64,000 bases of DNA from Batkoa obscura (Eukaryota): positions 1-64,000 of the forward strand of contig JASVEC010000012.1 in the NCBI GenBank assembly GCA_030770535.1, given 5' to 3'. A program made the translations under genes and the position numbers. The notes under the pieces are model-generated. The model worked only from the letters and a program-made list of their open reading frames with translations. It was not told the DNA's origin and ran no database searches. Each line of letters opens with the position of its first letter. Positions within the stretch are counted from its first letter, which is position 1. Shown piece by piece: positions 49,125 to 62,407 of this stretch.

Positions 49125-51906
49125 TCAGTGCTGATTTTTTGTAACTCGGGTCACTTTACTATCTTCTGAGATAACTTTCTTGTTATCAACTAAATTTTTT
49201 ATCGCTAAATCAACAGTTTCTTGATTTATATTAGAATAAGATTGGTAAATAGTGGATAACAACAGCTATAAGAATTTAATGTCTTAAAAAATCATATTAT
49301 ATAAAAAATTACTGTTTTATCCGGTTTTTCATCTAACATTGTACAAATTTCATTTTCTACATCTGTAATAACTTTTCCTTTTACCCTTTCAATCTCTGTT
49401 TTTGTTGCTTCTCTTTCTACTCTGGGTGATTTTACACTTCTTCGAAATAATCTAGTTGGACTTTTAAATTGGTATCTTTTATTATAATTCTTGTTTGAAG
49501 GTGTCAACTCTAGGTTTATAACTTCATCAGTTGATACTAAGTTATTATTATCATTTTGATTATGCCTTTGTAATGAGCTGCTATTTTCAGGTAAAGTTAG
49601 AGTATTACTTTTTTGATATAAATCTACATCGACTGCCTTTCTTACTGGTCCCTTTATTCTACCATTATCTTCCAAGGGTGACGAGGATTTATCTTTAACT
49701 ATACTCCCATTAGTTTTATTATCTTCTAATAAGTTTTGTATTGATTCGTTCATTATTTGATTATCTTTATTTAGAACTATGTCACTGTTCTTTTTTTGAG
49801 GCGTATTTTTAAAAGTTTGTTCACTTGCACTGTAGAAACTTAGATCCTCTTCATCAGTTTCAATATTTGTAGCTTTATCATATAATTCATCTCGGGTTAT
49901 ATTATTTTCTTTCATTCTTATTTCATCCATTTTTCTTACTTTTTCAGCAAAGGTTGGTACCTCATATTCATCTTCTTCAATATATCCTTCTCCTTGTACT
50001 TCCCTTAAAATATCTTCAATTGTAAAATTTTTACTTCTTTCTTCTTCTTCAGCTAAAGCACGTATGTTTTCTTCATTAAAGGATTCAATTTTTATTTTAT
50101 CAAATATAGATATATGGCTATCCTCAAATTCATAATTTATTTCATCATCTGATATTTCATTATTCAATATCGCATCTAAATTTTCATCAGTTAGTTCGTC
50201 ATCTGAGCTTTTATCATTTGGTTCTTTAACATTATTTTCTAACTTTTCTGGGTTATTATTGACTTCTTTTTCCTGGTCATTAGGAGTTTCTGAAGTATTT
50301 ACATTATTTATAGGATCTTTTGCTGATTCCGCCTTTGTATTATTTTCCTTCTCACATACCTCAGAACCTAACTTCCTATCATTTTTTACCTTGGAAATCA
50401 ATTGATTTATTTGTGGAGTTTTTTCATAAGTCTCTAATGAGCCGTTGCCAAAAATAGAAAGTGGTAAATCATTTTCTATAGTTCCATCAGAATGGGGCAC
50501 TAAGTTATTAGCATTTTGATTATGTTCGCTTCCACCAAAGATAGAAAGCGGTAAATCACGTTCTATAGTTCCATCAGATTGTAATATTGAATTGTCTACG
50601 TTCTCATTAGGTTTCTCATCTCCACCAAAAATAGAAAGTGGCAAATCATGCTCTATAGTTACTTCAGATTGAGACACCGAATTATTTATTTTTTGATCAT
50701 TTTCGTTTCCACCAAAATTGGAAGGTGGAAGGTCATTTTCTATAGTCCTCTCAGATTGGGCTGCATGATTATTCACGCTTTGATCATGATGTCTATTACT
50801 ACCAAAGGCATAGGATGAGCGGTTACTTTCTACAGCCCCATGAGATTGAGAAATCGAATAATTTAAATTTCGATTGTGTTGCTTATTTTTTTCAAAAAGA
50901 GAAGAACGTAATGGCTGAATTACAGATTCTCCTCCAGATTGATATATTGAGTTATCTACACTTTGATCATATCTTACATTTTCACCAAAAGCTGTGTGTC
51001 GTAATGGTTGAGTTTTTGGAATTTTAATTATGTGGGGTTCATTACTGCTTACATTTATTTTAGGTGTCTCGATAAGGGGTGCTTTAGCTTCTCGGGGAAC
51101 CATAGTTTTAGGATTAAGCTTTAGTTTACTTGAATCAGAATTTATCAGAGATAATTGATCTTTTTCTGGTTCCGTTGGTGGATTTTCGGGATCTTTAATG
51201 AAACGATAAATCAATTCATTATTTCCAGCAATTTTATAACTAGGGCTATCCAGAGTTGGATCATATTCTTCTGTAGGCAACATAAACTGTATGTTCTTCA
51301 TTTTATCTGTGACATTTCCTGTATCTTGATCCATTGGTTTTGTTGTAGGAGTCGGAAAAACTTCTTGAATATTATTTGCATTTCGTTTAAAATCCTTTGA
51401 TGCAACTTGAACATTATTTGCAATCGTTGTAGCATTTGAACCTAATGAATATTTTTTGGCTGCTAAAGGCTCAGAATCCCTATAAAGGGTTGTATCATCC
51501 ATATTATATCTGCTGCTTTTTTCTTTTGATATATAGCTATCTTCGCTTTGTTTACCAGGGCTCATTTCTTCTTCTTCACTTTTTTGTTTAGCTTTTAATT
51601 CAGACTCTCTTATTCCGGCAAAAAAACGAGACCAACACTGTAAAAGGTTAATTGAGTATAGAATAAATTTGAAAAATTTACCTTCAAACTTTCATTATTC
51701 GATTTGACTAAGTTTGACAAAGTTTCTAAACGAGGAAGGATACTAGTTGAGATGATTCGAACACTTGTAGAAAAAGCATCATCTACTTCTTGTAAAGTAC
51801 AAGTAATCATTTGATTTATTTTTTCTATCTTCTCTTCTCTTGTATCATTATTTTGGCTTGATCCTCGGATTATACTTGTTCTTTCTGAAAATTCACTCTC
51901 TGACAT
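49125..51906 (-). CDS. ASK1: DASH/Dam1 complex subunit Ask1-like with a long low-complexity extension; 3 exons
   Basis: EKIEKINQMITCTLQEVDDAFSTSVRIISTSILP...-CWSRFF matches the Ask1 N-terminal domain; spliced in frame to ORF 49292-51565. Confidence 0.8.
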
Positions 51907-52330
51907 TACAAAAAATGGAAATAGATCAAATTGATTATTGATGTATTTATTTTATAATGAGTGCTTATTTTTTCTGCAAAAGATTTGCTAAATAGATCAA
52001 ATTTAAAAAGAAAATTAAACATTAAATTCAAATAAAAAGTATAGTAATAGTTAATGAATAGCAAATATTTTAATATGAAAGCGAAATTATAAAACAAAAT
52101 TAACAAAAATAGTCTGTCAAAAATACTAACAAGCAACTTTTTACAGTGAATTCGATTTAGAAGAATTGAAAAAGATTGGATGTAAATAATCATTTGAATA
52201 TTTTAAGCTTGTAGCTCATCATTATTAATTAAAACTAATGTTTATTGTGGTGACAGTATACCGGGTGTCTAAAATTTTTATGAATGATTTTAAATAGAAG
52301 AACAATTTAGATTTGACTTTTCTATAATGA

Positions 52331-52432
52331 TTGGGGATGTATTTTTTTGTTTAAGAATTTTACTAGCAATTTTTCCACTTAAATAGTGCTTAAAAAAATG
52401 GAAAAAGTGATGAAATTAAAAAACACCCCCAT
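52331..52432 (+). mobile_element. ~100 bp MITE, copy 8
   Basis: TGGGGATGT...ACACCCCCA; family core. Confidence 0.85.
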
Positions 52433-53328
52433 TTGTATTTTCGATATAACCCCCTATATTTTTATATACTTGTAATGTTTTTTTTTGGTTTTAGAAGACT
52501 TTAATAGCCGTTTCTTGATATTCCGTTCCACTTTTTTTCTAAAACTTTTTAAAGTCTATTTATTTGAAGTTCTAGGTTTATAATTTGAAATTATCTGCTT
52601 TGAGTAACTAAGGCCAAAAAAACCCAATGGAAATATATCGGGATTTATGCTTATTATTTAGAATTTTTATTAATAGAAAAGCCCTTTTTTCACTTAAAAT
52701 TCCAATTACTATAATTTTTTTATAAAAAAGATTTTTTTTAAATGTTTATTTTTTTTAAAATTTTACCTTTTTTTTATACAACAAATTTTATTAAAAGCAT
52801 TATAATTATCATGTTTAATCCATGTTTTATTAAATGTGACTGTGTATTTGTGTTTTTTATTTATTAAATAGCTTTTATATAGTTTTTTAAGTTAGTTTTA
52901 TAATTTATAATGTAATTTAAATTTAATTTATGTATATTTGGCCTTTTTTTAACTATTTTATCTAATTTTTTTATAATTATATTGTTTATAGTCTGGCAAC
53001 ATGTTTTAATTAATTTTGCTATAGTTTTTTGATTTTTTAGGGTTTTTAAATTTTTTTTTTAATGATTTTAATAGCTTTAGTTATTTTTTTACTTATAGTT
53101 TTTAAAATTAAAAGTTTTAATAAATCTTGCATAGCATTTTCTCTTATTATAATAAATGATATTATATACTTTTTTTAAATAATTATATGATTTATTTTTT
53201 TAAAGTTTTTTATAATAATAGTTTAAAAGCATTTTTTTTATAAAAACTTTAATTATTGTAAAATATTACTTTATTAGCTTTATGATTAATTACAATACAA
53301 TAATCACTTAACTTATTTACAAAACTAG

Positions 53329-53789
53329 TGTGAAAGTTGGTACTCAGTGGCTGGAGTTAAAAGTAGTTCTTGGTTGACTAAGTTGCCTTGAGTCGAAGGG
53401 TCTTAGTTTATGTAACTAACATAGACTTAAATGAATAGGAATAATACGTAATAAACTACAAACTATGTGAAACAAATATAATAGAAAATAGTAATGTAAA
53501 ATCTAAGATGTTGCCAGAAAGACTTAGTGGCTTTATTAATGGTACGATATCAGGAAATAATTCAATTAAAAAGCCTCGAGTTATCATGTTGAAGAATCTC
53601 TTTTATACTCCAACAAGTATGGATATCAAAACGAGAGGATATTATCCTTTGCGATATGAAGTTAGAAATTCTCGTAGCAAATCAAAATAAGAGACCTCTG
53701 AATTGGTTGTGCCTGAACTTGAGAACACAACAACTTAAGTGATTGTTATGTTATAATCAATCCGAGAGCTGATAAAGCAATGTTTCACA
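53329..53789 (+). mobile_element. TG..CA element family A, 461 bp
   Basis: TGTGAAAG...TTTCACA; colinear with 1475-1939; flanks CTAG/CTTG (4-bp TSD, one mismatch). Confidence 0.85.
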
Positions 53790-54041
53790 CTTGTTACAGT
53801 TTTATAATTAATTTGATTGTAATTCATATAGTGTAATTAATTCAGAGTTTTTTATTTTTATTTGCTATAAAAATATCTACTACCTAATCGCAAAAAGACA
53901 TTATCTTCTCATTTTAATGTCTATGTTTGGTAGCTATAATAGAAAATAACTGTTATCATATTTTATATATATAATCACCTAGTTGGAATATAATTTTTTT
54001 TGTAATCTAATAACCTAGAACTTTTTTATTGAATTATTTCC

Positions 54042-54141
54042 TGTGGATGTATTTTTTGTTTAAGAATTTTACTAATAATCTTTTCGCTGAAATAGCGCTT
54101 AAAAAATGGAAAAAATAATGAAGCTAAAAAAACACCTCCAT
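54042..54141 (+). mobile_element. ~100 bp MITE, copy 9
   Basis: Family core; near-identical to copy 6. Confidence 0.85.
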
Positions 54142-55153
54142 ATTATACTTTTAACAAAGCTATTAAATCTCTCTGATAGTATTTTATATAAGTTTTACAG
54201 TAATATCTCTTATTTTATTTGTTTTATATAATTTATAGCCTATTATATGCTATTTTTTATAATTTAAGTATATTTTAGTTATATAAAACTAAAACCTTTC
54301 AAATTATAGCTAGTTAGTTAAGCAAAAACTGCTTTTAACTCCAATCACTAAGTACCAACTTTCATATTATATTATTTGTAGTTTTAAAAAAAACTTGTAG
54401 CATTTAAAAAATAATTGATTTTTATAGAAAGATTATAAAATTTTAAGCTTTTTTATATAATTACTTATTAATTTCTAATTTAATTTCCTTTTCTCAATTA
54501 TTATTATTGATTGTTTGAAATTGCTTATAAAAATTGTGGACACTCTGTAATACTCATATAGATAAGATCAAGCAACTACAATTCTAGGATTTAGGTCTAA
54601 AAATCTATCTGGATTTAATTGAAGAAATTATTTATAGCTTAATAGATACTGATGTCTATTTTTAAAGGGACTAAGGGATTTTATATTATGACAAATGTAA
54701 ATCAAGCAAGTAAAATCACGTACATAAGATCTTATAAACATTTAAAATAATGCTAGTATTTTAAGTACTTTAAGAAAATGGCCATAACTAGAAGTATGAA
54801 TTTATTGTCAAAAAATATCCTAAAAAAGAAAAGTTGGGGCTATCAATATTGAAGGAAGAAACGATACCTTTATTATACATTATCCTCCTATTAAATATGC
54901 TAGAGCATTGTATATTTGTTAGATATATTTCTTTGTCTAAGATTAATAAAAAAGGCACTTTCCTCTTAAAAAACATAATAAAGTATAATACATAACAATG
55001 TAAAATGTTAGAATTAAAGTTTTATTTATAGATACCTTATAAAAGATCACATGCTACCACCTAGTTTGATATAGTATAGCGGATCAAACAATAAAAATAA
55101 ACTATAACTTTATTCAAAAATTATTGGTTTGTCTTTAATGAATTAAATGTAAT

Positions 55154-56777
55154 TCAATAACTTCTAAAAAGTGAATCTTGATTTGATAATATCGATTCCC
55201 AAAGTAAATAAGAATAAGCAAGCCTAAATGGAGATTATATAATTACTGTTATACTCAAAAATTATTACCATTTTCTTTCATTCATAATTAAAACATTAGA
55301 ATTGTAGTTTGCTCCCTTTTTTCTTTTATCTACTTCATTTAATCCAGGATTTAAAATTAATTTTCTTAACCTTAATATACTTAAATGATAATTTAAAAAT
55401 CCATCTTCTTCATTAAAATCTGGCAAATAAATAATATTTAGTCTATTAACTAGATTTTTTTTAATTAATAAACTTATGTTCCCTCTTAAATTTGGATCCA
55501 AATTTAACCCTGAAACTATTACTATATTTAATTTAATATGAAATAAATTTACCTGTATATTCAAACTCAGCATGTGAGTCCACAGTTTGTTTACCATGAT
55601 TTAATGCTGCTAATAAATCTAATATTTTAGCTTCAAGCCCCATTCTTTTATCAATATTTGAGAAGCTCGGTGTAAACTTACTTACAACAATAATTAAACT
55701 CTTCTTACAACTTAAAAATTGCTGTAGTTCATTATTACTTTGTTGCTCAATAAACGGTTTCGAATTTTTATAATCTTTCCACCAAAGTGCCTTTTTGTTA
55801 TGCTCTTGTATAAAATCGACCAAAATTGATAAATCAATATCCTCCTGTGATCCATCAAGGAATAATAATACATATTTACTCACACTTGAAGTAAACGCTA
55901 AGAGCTGTGCTTCACGAAACGAGAGTATTTGATTAGATGTCATATGTTTATGTTGATGATCCTTATTTTTATATAAATATAACATTGTATTGAATGAGGC
56001 AAGGGATTGACATTCCAAAACTAAAGGGCCGCCACCTAGTTTATCATATCTTTCTGAATGGCTATATACCTTAACCCCAAGTTCATTATAAACCTCTTTT
56101 TCAAACTTTACGCTTTGAATGATTTCAAAATCTTTATTATTGGGCATCTCGTTATAACTACCTTGTGTTAAATATTTTACAAACGTTGTTTTTCCTATCT
56201 TTGACCCACCTAGTACTGAAGTAGGTACAACTCCTAAATTGTCCTTAACATCTAATTCTTTATCAGTAATTAAACTACGACTATAAGTAAATAATTGGTT
56301 AACATCAAATTTTTTAAGCGTATGGGTATAATTAGGTAGAACTAAATTTAACGGAAATTCAGTTATATATTCTTTCAAGTCTAGCTTATCATTTACTTTG
56401 TTCTTAGTTATTTGTTTTATTGAACTATTATTATATTCACTTGTTCTTTGAACTTGTTCCCTTTCTTTAAAGTAATTGTTCTCATCTTGCTGCGCTGTAG
56501 AATGCTTCAATAGTATACTACTTCTATCTCTATTTAAGTTTTTATTAGGTTGAGTTGCTTTTGGATCATATAATAAAGGATGAGAATTCCTTTTGATAGA
56601 ATCATTGAAATGGTTGCCATTATTAATTGACGAATAACTTTGTTCAGAGTATAAATATTCTTCCGCCACATTCCCCTGGTTAACTCTTGAATATCTTTTG
56701 CTTTCAAATACTCTACTTAAACTAGTCTCTACATTATCTATTCCATTACTTTTCTTGACTTGGTTTGATTTTCTCAT
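55154..56777 (-). CDS. SMG9: SMG9-like nonsense-mediated decay factor; 3 exons
   Basis: Disordered N-terminus; SVLGGSKIGKT P-loop; QLLAF..SVS.YVLLF.D...DLS; terminal MNERKW-LAYSYLLWESI resembles SMG9 LTEKNWFHYAARIWD. Confidence 0.68.
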
Positions 56778-57143
56778 TATATTATACTGATCTTATTTTA
56801 TCTTGCAATTTGGTTAGCATTCTACTTTGTTTAACTTTTCAGAATTAAAACTTAAGATAAGTCAACCTTAAATAAAGAGTTTTAAACAATTATTGAATGC
56901 AAAAATTACAATAAAAATAAAATACTTAATAATGTCTTATTAAAAAGAAAAATAACAGTAATAATAATGATAAATAAATCTCATGAGCTTAACTAACATA
57001 TTTGATTTAATAATATATATATATTAATGTACAAATTTCATTCAAAGTATACCTTTATTGTCATTTTTCACTTTTTGCAACTTTTAAAATGGAATCAAAT
57101 ATCTTTTTCAACTCGAAAGATTTTTATAATTTTGTTGTAAAAA

Positions 57144-57972
57144 ATGAGCCCAAATCAATCAGCAACTCAACGTCCTCAACACATAAAAGAAGCCATAACT
57201 GGTGTTGAAAGATATAACCCAGAAAACTTACCTCAACTTGAAGAATATTTAGGTTTACAATGTCGTTCTGGACAATACGATCTTATTTCTAATTTAGCTA
57301 TTTTAGAATTGTAATTCATCTGTGTTTACTATTTTTATTTTACTAACTAAAATTTAAGGTATCAATTCAATCCTTCTTTAATCAACTTGGCCGTCATAAC
57401 CACTATACTTGGAAAATCCTTAACAGCTTTACCAGACGCCGACTTTGACATGTTCTTAAGTTTATTAAACCCAACCATTGTAAGTATATATTATAGAATA
57501 GAGTAAAATAAAATTTTAACTGTTTCTTTTTAGCTTGCCGAGCCATTAGTGAAAAACTTATTAGATCTTCAAAGACTTTTAGAAGAGTGCAGATATAAAG
57601 AGTTTTGGGCTCTTCTAGCTAGTAAAGAGTGTAAAGAAGTTTTAGGAGACATCAAAAACTTTGATAAAGATATTAGAAAAGTGATTTCAAGCTCTCTTGA
57701 AACTACTTTTGATACCTTAGAAAAAAACATTGTCAAGGAGTATCTTAACTTTGATGGTAATTTTTTTTAAAGCTTTAAATAAATCTAATAAATTTATTTG
57801 AGTAGATAATGAACTAACAGCTTTTGCCGAAGAAAAAGGATGGAAGTTTAGTGATAATGATTTATTGTTTAATCCTTCTGCCCCTCATGTAGAATCTAAA
57901 CCTCAAACTGTTCAACAACACCAAATCAAATTGGAACAGCTCTCAAAAATTATTGCTCAAAGCAATTACTAA
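57144..57972 (+). CDS. EIF3K: Translation initiation factor eIF3 subunit K; 4 exons
   Basis: RP.HI...ITGVERYNPENL.QLEEYL..QC..GQYDL.SNLAILE-LYQFNP; L.KSLTALP.ADF; IKLEQLSKII. Confidence 0.95.
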
Positions 57973-58519
57973 AACTACATACTTATTCACTCTATTCTCT
58001 TTAGTAAAAACAAAGTAGATTAGATTTATAGAGTATATCCAACATAAAACAATTAAAATATATTACTATTTTAAACTGTTATTTTCTTTTTTTACAAATT
58101 ATTACATATTATACTATCGTTTTTATTATACTATATGCAATGAATTTATACTATAAGGGGAGTCATCAAGCTTTATAGTCAACGATTGCGATTTATATGG
58201 GAATAAGATGATATCTTACTTTTTGAATTTGACTTAGTAATTTTCAAAACAATAGCTATTAATATATAATGTAAAATTCATACAGTGAAAATCAAATATA
58301 ATCCAGTTCTATTCTACTTTATTGCTAAAAAAATTCGTCTTCATTTATACCATATAAAGTTCTAAATTTGTTAACATTATTAAAATTTATTTAATTTCGA
58401 AATTTACACTTAAAAACAATCATAAATATTCTATATGTTTATTTATAATCAACCAAACCCCTTTAAAACATTATTTTCCAAAACAGATTAATTGGTACCT
58501 TTACATTATCATTGTTCAA

Positions 58520-58955
58520 TTAATTTTCCTTCCATTTATGCGAGCAATCACTACTAGTACACTTATAAAACGTAGTCATAGGTTCATCAGCGGAACGAAT
58601 TTGCAATTGAAAGTAAAAAGCTCTACCATTTTCACATTTAGGACATGCAGCTAACAATTATTAAACAGTTAATTTCAAAATTAAATAATGATATCTAGAT
58701 TACCATCCGTTTGGTCCACATTTTCCCAGGATTCTGCACCACCCAAAACATCATCCACTTCCTTTCTCTTTAATACATATCGTGAAACGTGCTAAATGAA
58801 CGAATAGATGAATGAATGAATGAATTTAATAACTTAAAATAGCTGATTACCGTCTTTTGAATTAAAAATTGATATGGACATGTTTGGCATGAAAACGTTT
58901 GTGTTTCACTCTGACTAATAATTAGCATATTCCCACATAATGGACAGAACAACAT
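58520..58955 (-). CDS. RPC11: RNA polymerase III subunit C11; 3 exons
   Basis: MLFCPLCGNML..F.CQTCPY, RKEVDDVLGGAESWENVD, CPKC...RAFYFQLQIRSADEPMTTFYKC...HKWKEN. Confidence 0.97.
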
Positions 58956-59091
58956 TTTAATGTTAAATCAAAGTAAATTTGATTTCGAAAGCTTTAAAAC
59001 TTAAATGACCAATTAAAGACATTTTATTTTGGATAAAAAATTAAAATTCGTATTTTTATGAATAATTTAGTTCATTATTAAAAGGTTTAAA

Positions 59092-59790
59092 ATGGAGGAG
59101 TTTTATCAGCAAAAGTTAAAAGTATGGGAAGAAGAGATCGATCGTATGGGAGAAGAAAGCAACGAGTTTATTAAAGATAATAAATTAACTGAAGATAAGT
59201 TTGATAAATCAGAAGAAAAAGTAAGCATCCTTTCCTTAAGATTTTATTAGTTTACGTTTATTTTTAGATTGCAGAATGCATGGAAGGAATCAATAAAACA
59301 GCAAGGAATATGGCAAAAATAGAAAAGCTAGTTGATACAATACATGATGAATTAGTATTCTGCAATGAAAAATTTATCGAACTTAAAAATCAGTTTGAAA
59401 AAGTTCAAATAGAATATAGTCAAAAAAGAGATTCAAACTATTTAAATTATGTTAAAAGGTATGCAAATAACCGTTATCATTATTATTTATAACCTTATTT
59501 TAATTTAGTATTGATTTTCTTTCTTCAAAAATTAAAAAACTGATAAAATTACAAAACATAATTAAAGATAAATTTAATCCTAATGAAGATAATTTGCAGG
59601 TAAACAAACATATAAGATAGCATATTTACTAATACATGTTTATTAGTTTAACGATCTTGATTCAGATTTAGATGAGATATTTATGTTTTATGAAGAGAGT
59701 ATGCTACTAAGTGGTTTGATAAAGAAAGGAGTAAATAAGGATAGCCGAGTAAATACTACATATGGTTGGGATTATATAATTAAAGAATAA
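59092..59790 (+). CDS. Hypothetical coiled-coil protein; 4 exons
   Basis: Exons join in frame via GT-AG introns; heptad-rich E/K sequence; no family recognised. Confidence 0.65.
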
Positions 59791-59879
59791 GCTATCAAGT
59801 AAAATAAAATAAAATAAAATAAAATAAGATAAATGAAATAAAACATAACTTTATTTAATAAATACAGTAAATATTTGAG

Positions 59880-60698
59880 CTATTCTTTTGCACGCATTTG
59901 ATACAAAGTATAAGCAGAAAGGATTTTTATATCATTTGTTTGATTTAAAGCTTCAGAGATAGGCATTAATTTTAACGTAATTAATTCCCCTTCTTTTCGT
60001 AAACCAGTGAGTTTGTTATTAATAGCGTTCAATTCTTCTCTTTTTAATATTAGTTTTGTAAAAAAGAAATAAACTTTTTCATCTAATAATCCTGGAGAAG
60101 TATAATGCCCTTGCTTATTTAATAGTCTTAGCTCCTCATTTTTAATTTTGAGTCCAGTTTCTTCTTCGACTTCTTGAATTGCTTTTACATGTAAGTTATC
60201 TTCTTCATCAAGCATCCCAGCTGGTAATTCTAATAAGCTTTCTTCTCCAGCTGCTAATCTTGGTTGACTTGTTAGTAGAATATACCCTTCTTTACCTATG
60301 CTTATATCTTCTTCGCAAGTTAATAATATTAATGTGCTAACTGAGTTTCCTCGCTATTGTAAATAATAATTAGTAAATATCATCAAGCTGTATCGAATTA
60401 CCAGTAAAATAATCCCAGGAATTTTAGCATCATTTTCTAAACTTACAGAATCTATTTTTAATTTAATAAACCCAATTTTATCATTTTTAAATTTATCAAT
60501 TGCTTCAATCATAATTTTATTGATCTTTACAGTCGAAGGATTCATTTGATTTAATTTGCTATAAAGTTCTTGAAAAGGTTTAAATTTTTGAATCAATGGG
60601 TATTCCTCCTTCTTTATCTGTTGGTTAAATTGTATTGATATTTCTTGCATTTTACTAATACTTTTACTCCTACCTAATAATAATTTGTTAAAAAACAT
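59880..60698 (-). CDS. Nudix hydrolase (ADP-sugar pyrophosphatase-like); 1 intron
   Basis: IGFIKLK, IPGIILL-RGNSV..L, QPRLAAG, ELPAGMLD....AIQEVEEETGL Nudix box, YTSPGLLDE, GELITLKL. Confidence 0.92.
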
Positions 60699-60760
60699 AA
60701 AATCCAATTTTTGTTTTAATTCTCTTTTTACACATTCAAGCAACTTTAAATTAATTGAAT

Positions 60761-61861
60761 ATGGGAGATATCGAAGATTTAGAAGAGCAATTATTAAAGG
60801 AAATGAATGAAGTAACAATTAAAATCAATAATTATGACATAATATAACGTTTAAAGGATACTATTGGAAATGTCAACTTAGAACCTGAAACTAAAACAAA
60901 CTATGATCAAGTAGAGATAACTAAAAACGAAAAATATTATAAAGAAGAAATCGAACAGGAAGCAAATCAAGATGAGCAGGGTTCTAATGATAACGAAGAG
61001 GAAATTGAACTAAAACAAGGAGAACAGCCAGATTTCCAATCTTTTGATATACAGCTTCATAATAAAGACTTTTGGGATGATTCGGCATTAATTGCAGCTT
61101 GGGACGAAGGTGTTAGACAAAGAGATGTAAATTTCATTTGATATATGCTATAATTTTTTATTCTTACGGTAATTTTATTTCAGGAGATGAAGAATAATAA
61201 AAATTCTAATAATCAGGTTGAAATCGAAATTGAAAGGTATAAGCCTAATATTTTATTTTGTTTGTAATTTATATTAACAATTTAGTGAGGTATTGATTAA
61301 GTCAAGTTAATTATTATATAATTGAATAAGCTCTTTATATAGAAAATCGAAGAAACTAATAATAAAGGTAACATAATCCAACTATTGGAATATAAACTAA
61401 TATAAGATAGGTCGTAAAGCTACTTTTAGTAAAAAGATAACAGGAGATATTGAAACAGGGGTAAAAAAGAAAGTAAAGAAAAGTGAAAATGTAAATAATT
61501 AAGTCCTATTATTAAATTTATTCTAATTTAGTTTTTAGAATAAAATAGATAGCACTGAAACCCAAGGAGCTAGTACAACTATGGTAAAAATTTCTTTGAA
61601 AAACGATTTAACCTTTATTAAAATTTTTAGCCCGTTTTTCCTCCTGTTTCGTTTCCAGTTCTAAACGGTCAAAGTATAATTATAAAAAAGATTTTATAGT
61701 CAGCTTATAACTATTTATTAGGGTCTCAACAAGACGTTGATTTGGAAAACCTATTATCTTCGTGGTATTTTGCAGGTTATTACTCTGGCCTGTATCAAGT
61801 AACTTTTTTCGTTTCAGTTTTTATATTGTTTATTTTATTTTAGGCAAAATACCATAAATGA
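60761..61861 (+). CDS. SMN1: Survival motor neuron (SMN)-like protein without a Tudor domain; ~10 exons including a 4-nt micro-exon
   Basis: Gemin2-binding DFWDDSALIAAWD and YG box LENLLSSWYFAGYYSGLYQA; missed by the ORF track. Confidence 0.9.
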
Positions 61862-62407
61862 TTAATCTAATCAAAAAATAGGGTATACATATACTAATGC
61901 TTAATTTGTAGGGATTATGTAGCTTAAAAGTTTGTTCAAATTATCCATTTCGTCTATTTAACTTATAATAAATAGCATAGATGTATATAATGCCAAAGGG
62001 TAGTTCGTATTAATGATATTGCTAAATCAAAACAGCTTACTTTTCATGATTATTTATAATTTATTGTCGTTATTAAATTTATGTTATAAATTTTAAACCT
62101 ATTGAGAACAATCATCTTTTTTTACATATCGAATAGATTATTAATAAACATGCTATAAAAGTAATGTTTCAGTTATAACAATTTTTAATATAATGTTGAA
62201 CTTTAGTGTTATATACAATGAATATATTTTTTAATATACCATTTTTAACAATTTTTGAATTTTTTTTTGAATTTTTTTTAAAACAAGCTAGTTGAACCAG
62301 ATTTTATAAATGTTTTAATGATAATATGATATAAAAAATAAAATAAAAGACGCACTCTGTAATTGAGTATTGATCCTTAATAAAGTTTTGAAGTAAAATA
62401 TCTTTTT

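Larger units (their letters stand above)
53257..54366 (-). mobile_element. Degenerate family B element interrupted by a family A element and a MITE; TTAT target-site duplication
   Basis: 53257-53328 and 53790-54366 are the reverse complement of 2716-3251; flanked by TTAT on both sides. Confidence 0.8.
52259..54549 (-). mobile_element. Degenerate Tc1/mariner-superfamily DNA transposon hosting nested insertions
   Basis: TA-flanked ~35 bp imperfect TIRs (TA|CCGGGTGTCTAAAATTTTTAT and reverse complement TA|CAGAGTGTCCACAATTTTTAT); remnant PDIFPLGFF on minus at 52642-52616 resembles SPDLxPLDFF. Confidence 0.65.

Noticed and set aside
53508..53690. 60-aa ORF inside the family A element
   Set aside because: The homologous copy at ~1657-1840 has an extra A in the A-run that shifts the frame; no recognisable domain.
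59221..59268. Possible U12-type intron (GTAAGCATCCTTT)
   Set aside because: The donor is GTAAGC, a U2 type, not GTATCCTT; I noticed no AT-AC introns in the window.
61960..62361. Possible further Tc1/mariner relic ending GCACTCTGTA (similar end at ~3470)
   Set aside because: Only one TIR-like end is recognisable, with no partner or coding remnant.
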